DNA of 64,000 nucleotides from Paramoeba atlantica (lineage: Eukaryota; Protista; Discosea). The DNA lies in the NCBI GenBank assembly GCA_977017575.1, contig CDRNVI010000021.1:124001-188000 (forward strand), in the 5' to 3' direction. The position numbers and the translations under genes are program-made. Position 1 is the first letter of the stretch. Every line of letters starts with the position of its first letter. The notes beneath the pieces were generated by a model. That model was not told the DNA's origin, ran no database searches, and saw only the letters and a program-made list of their open reading frames with translations. Positions 55,346 through 64,000 of the stretch are shown here, piece after piece.

Positions 55346-56244
55346 CCGTCAGTAAAGTCCACTGTTCCACTAGGCAGCCGTATTCTGTCGCTTTTTTTGA
55401 AAAATGAAAAATAAAGTTTTTTAAAGTTTTATAGTAAAATAAAGTCAATAAAGTACTATATAGTAACTTTATTCGCAAAAAAAACTTTATTTTACTTTAT
55501 TAAAGAAACATACTACCCGCCCCCCACTTATAGTGCCGTTTGGTCGAAAACCGCGGCACTATAAGTGTCGGGGAGCTCAGTACCTTAATTTCTGGTACCT
55601 TAATTTTAATTACCATTATTAGTGTTTTGACGGTAATATAATAGAAGAAAAAAATATAAAAGGGGGGCCCGGTGGTCCAAAGCTGAAAAACAATTTGAAA
55701 AAAATGGGCGGTCTAGGGGGGTCCATGGGGGGGACATACGTCGCGAATATTTTTTACGAATTTTTTGCTTTTCAAAATCGAGCGCAGGGAAGTGATAGAG
55801 TATGCCGTGGCAATTAAATTTATATTCCACCCCTCCACCTGGGGGTGACCCCCCCTGATACGCGCAGGATGGGTCCAACCAAGTTCGAAATTTCCGAAAT
55901 TTTTTGGGTGACCCAAAAAAAATTTGACCCAAATTAACATTGTCTAACAAGTACTTTTTACTTTTTTTAAAAAAGTAAAATATAATTTTTCCAAAATCGA
56001 CTACTCAAACGTATTTTAAGAGTTTTGGACCTCAGCTACCATTCTGCAACGTTTTTTTCGGAAAATTCGCCTCCTACCCCTACTGGTAAGGCATTAAAAA
56101 CGTCCCAAATTTTGGAGTAAAATTTCGCTATTTTCACCTAAAAATTGGTCTTTTCACCCAAAAAAGGAGTTTGTTCATGATATTTCTCTTTTACTCGCTT
56201 TATTAAACGCGGAGGTAGTTTTCAACACGAAGCGCGCAGCATGA

Positions 56245-56826
56245 GTGCCTTCTAGGTTGAAAATAAACACCGCGTTTAACGAAGCGACAAAAAAAATGAA
56301 ACCAGTCTGGAAAGCGAGAGCCATATCTAGAAAAGCACAAACTACTCTATTCGAAGCACATGTTATGTCTATTCTTATGTACGAATGCTGTACATGGAAT
56401 CTGTCACCGACACAGTTCAGGAGGATCAACCAGACATACGTAAAGATGGTCAGGTATGTGCTAAAATTACCTAATGTAACTATTATACATAAGCCCAGCG
56501 ACCCAAAAGGAGAAAACCAGAAACTATACATTTCCTATGAAGAATCTCTCAAGGTGACACACACGCCTACAATGCAAGAAAGATCGGATACCCGAATACT
56601 ATTTTACGCGGGGCATGTGGCACGCATGGGCCCCGAAAGAATCCCAAACCGACTACTATTCGGAAGCTGCGACGGGCAAAAAAGGGGACGTAAACAACAA
56701 TCCATGCATGAAACAATCGCCCAAGCAGCTGAGAGAGCAGAATTTCAGCCTTTCTCATGGAAGCTTCAAAGTCAAAATAGAAAGATATGGAATAAAGCAA
56801 TATACGAATACCGCCAAACTAAGTAA
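56245..56826 (+). pseudogene. RTE-like LINE RT C-terminal (thumb) fragment
   Basis: LFEAHVMSILMYECCTW and FYAGHVARMGPERIPNRLLFG. Confidence 0.7.
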
Positions 56827-57330
56827 CTGGTATGCCCCCCCGTTTTATTTTATGTTGTATGTTAGGTTAGCACGAACAAGTCGGGTGTGTATCTTCTATG
56901 GTCGAGTTTTACTCTCATGTCGATACGGATGTCTTGCACATCAGCACCCGCACAGCGTACCTAGGCTGGAACTAGGGAGCCATATCTTTTCGAAGACAAA
57001 CAGCTCTGACAATTAACAATTAACAAACTGTACCCTAAATTCTCTTCAAAAGGCCTATCTAACTTGTTGTTAACGAGGTGGAAACCATCGACAAATTGTC
57101 TTATTTATGTCGAATTGCACCTTGCAAGAACCTAAAAACAAGAAACGAAGTCGTCTTTGATGCAAATATACATTTTTGAAAAAATATTTTTTTAGGGTAC
57201 ATTTTGACTGCAGTTGAGCCAAAGTTTTTGTATTCTAAAGTAAGACAGACACACAAAAGACGCTCGAATCTTTATGAATCGAATTTTGGTTAATTATGAG
57301 TAAAGCAGTGTAGTTACATCTATTTTATAC

Positions 57331-58317
57331 TTGTTTAGAGGAATGTCACAAGACTTTATTGATCACACAGCATCTCTGTTTTGCGTGAACTATTATAGAC
57401 ATCTTTCGAACGCCACGATCGCTGATAATCGTTTCTCTCTGGATGCCAAAAACAAGCTTATGTCTATGTACGAATCGAATTGTCAAATTCGTACGAAAGT
57501 ATCTGATAGCTCCAGCGGCTTGAGAGAATCAGATCGATCGCCACCCGAATCCGAAAACGAATCCTTGACCTACCGAATAAGTATTTTATCGAACTTGCTC
57601 CTTACAGAAAGTTCCATTTCTATCCAATCTCTGCAGGCGATCAACGTTTCTACCTCCTTACACAAAGATGCTCGGGAAGCACCGAACGGGGCATGTATCC
57701 TACTTCGAATTGAAGCGTTAATAGGCGAAAATAGCAGTTTGTACCAAGTGGTTCTGCTTCTCGATCGAACGACTACGAACCAAAACAAAAGTTTTCGTAT
57801 TGCTGGAGATATGCTAATGCTCTATCGTAATTATCACTCGTTTCATCTTTCTTCTACACTGGTAGAAGTCATCACTGAGAAATTACCTTTAGAAGATGAG
57901 GAAACCAATAAACTAACCTTGCCAAAGCATGAAGGATACTCCTCGAACTCACCTGTTGACTCGTATCACAGTCGAAAAAATAAGGAACAATCGTATAGGG
58001 ACACTTTGAATGCACCAGAGAAGTGTACCATAGAAAAGCGGGTGCACTATACGTCTAGAAACCATAAAAATTTTGTGCTGCTAAAAGTTCCGCATCTTTC
58101 CACTGAAGAATTTAACATTCGAAGCATTACGAAAGCATTGAAGGGGAGGGTGGAGGTTAAAAAATTGAGTATGGTATCCAATAGCCTCGCTTGCCAGGTG
58201 CAATTCTATAGCAGAAAGGACGCTGAAAAGCTTATGAAGATTGTTCGTCGTGAAGGACTCTTGATTGAGAATCACTTAGCAATGGCAAAATTTTCCGAAA
58301 CAAATATACTTGTGTAA
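57331..58317 (+). CDS. Hypothetical protein with a C-terminal RRM-like domain
   Basis: 328-aa ORF. FVLLKVPHL...CQVQFYSRKDAEKLMK...LLIENHLAMAKFS fits a beta-alpha-beta-beta-alpha-beta RRM pattern by eye. Confidence 0.5.
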   Translation: MFRGMSQDFIDHTASLFCVNYYRHLSNATIADNRFSLDAKNKLMSMYESNCQIRTKVSDSSSGLRESDRSPPESENESLTYRISILSNLLLTESSISIQSLQAINVSTSLHKDAREAPNGACILLRIEALIGENSSLYQVVLLLDRTTTNQNKSFRIAGDMLMLYRNYHSFHLSSTLVEVITEKLPLEDEETNKLTLPKHEGYSSNSPVDSYHSRKNKEQSYRDTLNAPEKCTIEKRVHYTSRNHKNFVLLKVPHLSTEEFNIRSITKALKGRVEVKKLSMVSNSLACQVQFYSRKDAEKLMKIVRREGLLIENHLAMAKFSETNILV

Positions 58318-58890
58318 ATATATGATGTAGATTACCATGGCTAATAACAACACTATTAGAATAACAGTGTAATTAATAACTTAGTTACAGTGACGGGTAA
58401 CAATTCTCCGTCATGTACGCATAATGAACTTGATAAAAAAATCACCTATAGTGGACGAAGCATTGAGTGACAAAATACAGAATATTTTTTATTGCAGTGG
58501 ACCTTAAAGTTGGTCGTTCTGCGATGAGCTTGTGTTAAATTGTTGTCGCTCTCATCGTTCAAAAGAATGTGCTACCTTCTTGAACTGCATTCAATGTAGA
58601 TGCTCGTCGAAAGTGTTCTGTACCGTAAGGGCATAATGTGGTTTAGATGAGTACTGATCGAAACTGCCATATTGCCGTTTCTTCAATTAAAAGTTATAAG
58701 AGATCAATGTTTTTTTAGTTCGAAAGTTTTTTCTACCCAGTATGTCTTGTATAGCCCCTTAAATTCTTCTACAAACAACTGGGTTAATGACGGGTTATAT
58801 TGCACCCAAAAAATAATTCCTTGCTTTTATCACCTCTTTTCCTTTTTTCGGCTTGTGAAACTTTGTTATTTTGATTTCAGTTAAAAATCT

Positions 58891-59382
58891 ATGTCCGAGT
58901 GCGCTTGCAAAAAACACACTGTGCAGAGTAAAAGAACAGTAGTGTACACCGATGGATGGCGTGCTCATAGAGGCCTGGGCGATACAGTGCGACATCGAAC
59001 TGTGAACCATTCCAGAAGCGGAAAATACCGGTTTGTCACAGAGGAGGGGGTGCACACGAATCATGCAGAATCAGCTCACTCGTCGGTGAAGCTCTCAGTC
59101 CGAAGGCAAGGAAGGTTGTCTATGAAGCCGAGAGAAGCAGAGAAATGCATTGCCCTATATACACTTTGGTTCAAAAGAACCACGTGGCAGGAACGTCTGC
59201 AATCATTACTTCTCTGTCTAAAATTTGGGCAATGCCTGCCGAATATAGAAGAAGAGGACAATGAAAGTGAAACAGAAGAAGAGGAACAATGTGAGCAATT
59301 TATGGAAGAGGAGGAAGAAGCAGCAACGGAGGCAGAAGACACAGAAACATGGAACATGATCCAGAGTTTCATGAATCTGTGA
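58891..59382 (+). pseudogene. Merlin / ISXO2-like transposase C-terminal fragment (different subfamily from the array)
   Basis: VVYTDGWRAH...VNHS...GVHTNHAES; acidic tail. Confidence 0.8.
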
Positions 59383-59640
59383 AGGAATGTGTGAAGTGAG
59401 GGGGGTTTTAAGGAGCGTTGTTAAGTTAAGGAGTGTTGTTAAGTTAAGGGGTGTGAATTAGGATGTATGGTGAAGACGTGGTCAACTTTTATGATTTTCA
59501 TAATTATTTGTGACAGAAGTCAAGTCCTAAGGAGGTTTGTACTCGAAAATATGGTATAAAACAAAGTTTTGTGTTAAAAGATGAATTTATGTCTGAAAAA
59601 TGCATGATCAGGTTTTTTTAAATATATTTTTTAGGAATAG

Positions 59641-60903
59641 GTGCAATATAACCCGTCTGTAGCACAACTGTATACATCTTTAGACAACCTTTCCTTTCAT
59701 AAAATGCGCAAGACAGCTTACATTGGCTCATTACATTTGTACACCTCTTATTATAGTGGGTTACAGTGGCCGAACCAAATGTACCATCCCCGCACTGTGA
59801 TACGAAGCGAGAACATCAAAAATTGGCAAGACTTGAAGGAACCAAGCTACGAATCCAAGCAAGATATTAAAGGCCAGTTCTCACAATATTGTAAAGAAAA
59901 AAACAAATCTGCGCCAATTGCTCATAAGAATGTTCGAGTGAATGCCAATATTGAACTTCAAGCTGATTATCTCCTCGAATGTGGAGGCAAAGTAAACGCG
60001 CAAATGGCATCACAACTATTAGGGATTTTATGGCACACCATCCGCTGTGAATCTCCTGAACAGGATGTTGTAAGGATATTGGTCAAACTGTCGAAGGCAC
60101 TACAAGCCGCAGGATTTGTGCGTGGTGCTTTCCGTGCTAGCTGTGCAGCACTACATAAATTGCTTCATCCGGAAGCCGAATTCGGGTTGGAGGATTTTTT
60201 GGATGCTTTTTTACAGCAAATCAGGGTTATCAATCAGGTTACAAGAAGTGAGCTAAACAGTTTCCTAAATATACTTCCATCTTGCCTTGTCAACGAAGGA
60301 TACGGCTCCAGTTTAATTGAAAATTTGTGTCATATTTCCGTTCGCGTTTTCCTGCAACATCACGATTTATCGAATTCGGAAAGATATTCACGACTTATTC
60401 CGAGAACCGTAAAATATAATCAACAGCTTTTCGAAACTCGTTGGATTCACTATTCGCCATACGACTCGGACAGATGTTTTGCTCTTATGGATACTTTGCT
60501 ACAATGTGCTGAAGAGTATTATTCGTCAACAGGAAATAATAAAGGGATATTGTGGGCCCTACGAACAAGGTCTGATATTCATGATAATAAAGAGTTTAAC
60601 CGGCGTATTTACTCAGGAAAAATTACTACACAACGAGGCCGTGGATTGAGCAGAGCCAATAAGCTTACCACTAATCCTACAGCATATGAACTACTTTGCT
60701 TTAATCCTTCCGTACACCAACCATACTTTGATTATCGATATCTCCTTTCAGCTCCCGTAGGTCGTGAGAATGAGGTTTGGCCAGGGGTGAATCGAACGAT
60801 AGAGAATGGCGATCCACTCCGACGACAGTGCAAATTTTATCGTCAAGATATTGCTCGAAAACACGGCCACTCTGTTGCGTCACAGCATAGCGAATACAAC
60901 TAG
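59641..60903 (+). CDS. Hypothetical protein, 420 aa, with a helical middle region
   Basis: Long uninterrupted ORF in AT-rich DNA; no motif recognised; start codon uncertain. Confidence 0.5.
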   Translation: MQYNPSVAQLYTSLDNLSFHKMRKTAYIGSLHLYTSYYSGLQWPNQMYHPRTVIRSENIKNWQDLKEPSYESKQDIKGQFSQYCKEKNKSAPIAHKNVRVNANIELQADYLLECGGKVNAQMASQLLGILWHTIRCESPEQDVVRILVKLSKALQAAGFVRGAFRASCAALHKLLHPEAEFGLEDFLDAFLQQIRVINQVTRSELNSFLNILPSCLVNEGYGSSLIENLCHISVRVFLQHHDLSNSERYSRLIPRTVKYNQQLFETRWIHYSPYDSDRCFALMDTLLQCAEEYYSSTGNNKGILWALRTRSDIHDNKEFNRRIYSGKITTQRGRGLSRANKLTTNPTAYELLCFNPSVHQPYFDYRYLLSAPVGRENEVWPGVNRTIENGDPLRRQCKFYRQDIARKHGHSVASQHSEYN

Positions 60904-61193
60904 GTTTTAGAGGATGCTAGCTATTTTTCGTGCATTTTCTTCAGCGCACGTTTGTGTTGTCTGTTTAGCGCTTTCGAATTATTCTTTTCGAATTATGCTT
61001 TTGTATACTTGTACATGTATACTTGTACTTTTGTATACCTGTACTAATTCCATACAAAAATTATAGATACTACATTACCACCTACATCATACCTACACTG
61101 TATGTACTGTATGTACACTACATGCTTTTACCTGTATATACACCTTCGCATTCTTCATTTTTTTAACGTATAAACAGGCAATTAAATACTATA

Positions 61194-62604
61194 CAGGGGG
61201 GGCCACGAAAACTGACAAGGTCCGCATTTTAGCGTCCTGAGGCAGTTTGAGCTGATTTTTGTTGCAAACGAGAGATCTCGTTCTGAATATCGTGTCTACG
61301 CTATTTAAAATACAAAAACGTTCGCCGGAAAACATTTCCAATGAGTTACAAAAGTGAAATTTTAAAGATTTTGCAAATTGAAAAACGGGTCTAAAATTCG
61401 TAATTTTTACGTACCGCGGCCCAAAAAGTACCCAGAAAGTAGGTCTTAATAGCCAGTATTCCCTCTATCATGCTCCACAAATTCTCAATCAAATTGAGAT
61501 CAGGAGATTTCGAAGGCCAATCAATAATTTTGATGTCTTCCAACTTACCTATTCTCCTGGCTTCCCCATGCCCTGGCGCGTTGTCAAGGACAATTGTAGC
61601 CCCGGGGCGGCGATGCATCCAGTTGAAAAACCCATTTCGTTTTTTCATTGCATTCAAAAAGACCTCATTTGTAACAGTTTCATTTTGTGCGAACTCATGG
61701 AAACACGCATCAGGCACTTCCCAACGGAGACTGGTGGCCATGAATACATGAACTCCTTTCCCCCCGTACCACCTATCTAATTGTACTGGTGTTTCCTTGG
61801 GGGGGTCAATCATTTTTGCAAGGTACGTAATTTTTTTACCGTGTGATCCGCATCGAAAGATTTTTTCGTCGCACCACATGATACGAGAGCTGATCTGGGC
61901 TGAATCCCTCAAAGTAATCAGCAAGTTGTAGTCTAGCAGCCTTGTGCTCAGCTGTTAAAAAAGGCTTGTGCGACATCGTCTTAATGACGTATCCCATCTT
62001 TTTCAAACTCCGTTTCACGGTGTTTAGACTACATGGATAAAGTACTTTATCCACTCTCTTATGTACCCATTTAAACCCCGGACACCCGAATTGTGTGTCT
62101 CGCTCAGCATCAACAATAGCACAGAGCATGGCTCGGAACTCCTCCGTATCAACGCCGTTATCGCGCGAGTAGGGTGCACGTGCCACGTCACCTGACTCAT
62201 CGAAACGCGCTTTGTACCGAGAGACAGAGCTCTCTGAACAGTTCATCATACGTGCCGTATCCGGAATAGATGTCCCACGGTGTCTTTCGTGTGCGCAGAC
62301 AATGCGCACAGGATATGAACACTGTTCTGGTGATAGCTGGCGACGGTTTAGTCTATTCCGTTTGCCCATAGTAAGGTAAAAAGAAGAAAAAATAGCCTTT
62401 TTTACGTTTTTCGATACTTTTTGCAAAATATTTTGCCCAAAATTTCAATATTTTGTAAATATTTTTTTTTTGATTAGCAGAAACGGGCTCCAAATAGCGT
62501 AGACACGATATTCAGAACGAGATCTCTCGTTTGCAACAAAAATCAGCTCAAACGGCCTCAGGACGCTAAAATGCGGACCTTGTCAGTTTTCGTGGCCCCC
62601 CCTG
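61194..62604 (-). mobile_element. Tc1/IS630-family element (DD32E) with ~118-bp near-perfect TIRs; transposase frameshifted near 61900
   Basis: TA-CAGGGGGGGCCACGAAAACTGAC.../...GTCAGTTTTCGTGGCCCCCCCTG-TA; MWCDEK, VLDNAPGH and SPDLNLIEN. Confidence 0.92.
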
Positions 62605-62781
62605 TATACATGTATGCATTAACGTATTTTGGTTGTGGATGCACAATTTGTTATTCCATAATCTCTTCACCATACAGTGTAAGTGATACCAATATACACA
62701 AATAAAATTTTATATACTGTCACCCCCCCCCCGTTTATACTTCCGTTTTCGTCCAGACGAAAAATCAGCACCCCCCCTTTA

Positions 62782-63150
62782 AACCCCTCGACAAGAATAA
62801 GGCACTCCCCTTGTTTTTCGCGTGCAGGGACTCATGGGGGTTGCAGCACCACTTCTTCGTTCAAAATTTTGAGATCTGTGCGTTCCTGGGGTTTTTAGCC
62901 TGTTTTAAAAATTCGAAAAAAATAGTTTGAGAATATAATTTTTGAGAATAGCTTTTGTAAAAATCCAAGTACCGTCCACCAAGGGGAGGATGATACCGTG
63001 GGGAAAATATTATTGTGCCAAATCTTCGAGGACGGTATCCCGAACAAGCAAATGGCATATCTGCTGGAGGCTTCAAGTTTTTTGACACCACACGCTGCAG
63101 CATCAGTGAGCATGAACATACGAAACCCTTTGAAAAATAAAGTAAACTAC
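62782..63150 (+). mobile_element. 5' fragment of a DD35E-type element
   Basis: TA-AACCCCTCGACAAGAATAAGGCAC TIR and KSKYRPPRG...FEDGIP similar to 50467. Confidence 0.75.
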
Positions 63151-63396
63151 GCTATACATCGTATGTGTTGTGATGAGTACGCTGCAATAAGGTAAACAAT
63201 GTTTTATGCAAACAGGAACAATAGATTCGAAAAAAGTTTCATAAGTATGTGAGGAGTGATTTTCTCGAGCACAAAAAACATAGGATAATACGAGACAACA
63301 ACACAAGAACAGCGAATTACTAGAAGCCCACATAGCAGTAGGTAGCAAATACAAGCAAAATGTATGTAAAACAAGCAAAAATTGAAAAACAAAATA

Positions 63397-63906
63397 TTAT
63401 TCGTCAACAGAAATTCCCTCTACATGCATCTCCTGGAACACGCGGGACACAAGTTCTTTCTCGCGTTGCGCTTCCACAGTTGTTGCAGGAACAACGAGGG
63501 TGTTTGCGCGAAGGCTTTGCACACCTCGGACTGGGACAGTGTTAACGTTCCTTTGTAAAGCAGGAAGGAACAGACGCTCAAAGGCTTCAGAGTAAGCGTC
63601 TTCAGCGCGAAACGCACGTAGTGCATGAACTACGAAACGCGTAATCTTTTTCCGTGTTGGTCGACGGAGCTCACTCTGCAGTCCACGCCACGCCGAAAAT
63701 TTCTCGCGATAGTGATGCTTGAACTGTCGGTTGACCGACACATCCACAAGCTGAACAAGGGAAGTGCAGTCGGCAGGAACAAACAGACAGTCCACTTCAC
63801 GTCCGCGAAGGAAAGAGAGAACTTCCTCGAAACGATGCGGTGCGTAGAGATCGACTACGAGCAGCGTCTTCCGTGACGGATACCGTATCCACCAACAAAA
63901 CAACAC
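63397..63906 (-). pseudogene. pogo/Tigger-like DDE_1 transposase C-terminal part (DD35D); the N-terminal part would lie beyond the window end
   Basis: LLVVDLYAPH...VPADCTSLVQLVDVSVNRQFKHHYR. Confidence 0.8.
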
Positions 63907-64000
63907 GTATCATACGTGTACGTGTTGTGGTCCAAAAAAACCTCCTTCAACCAAGCCAGAAAAGAATCGCCTGTAGCCCAGCCAGACACTGTGGTAGTAG

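Noticed and set aside
55525-55566. Link between the 14-bp palindrome CACTTATAGTGCCG and the 3' end of the 15.7-kb insert (CACTTATAGTGC)
   Set aside because: Only 12 nt, partly self-complementary, with no further similarity.

Overview
This is eukaryotic nuclear DNA, most likely from a kinetoplastid or related euglenozoan. It is a transposon graveyard with no prokaryotic operons, rRNA or CRISPR. The taxon call rests on four genomic copies of a spliced-leader (SL)-like sequence (ATAAAGATACAGTTTCTGTACCTTGTTG, minus strand) and on TATE/VIPER-type and CRE/SLACS-type retroelements. Contents: (1) several broken CRE-clade non-LTR elements; (2) a complete but dead tyrosine-recombinase retrotransposon with A1..B1-A2-B2 split direct repeats (6574-13360), inserted at a TTC core in a CRE endonuclease gene, plus a sister fragment and a second subfamily; (3) twelve head-to-tail copies of a 1692-bp unit carrying a frameshifted Merlin/IS1595-like transposase (19945-40244); (4) Tc1/IS630 elements with DD32E, DD34E and DD35E spacing, a pogo-like fragment, MITEs and RTE/APE LINE remnants; (5) two or three orphan ORFs, one with an RRM-like C-terminus. 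The most unusual signal is recycling of trans-spliced RNAs into the genome. SL-headed retro-copies, some with tails or target-site duplications and often chimeric, sit inside other transposons. They co-occur with a family of small structured retroposons that share covarying hairpin modules (one module resembles antisense SL; module order is reversed between two copies) and with a tRNA-headed SINE-like insertion. All calls come from reading the sequence by eye; no database search or folding program was run.
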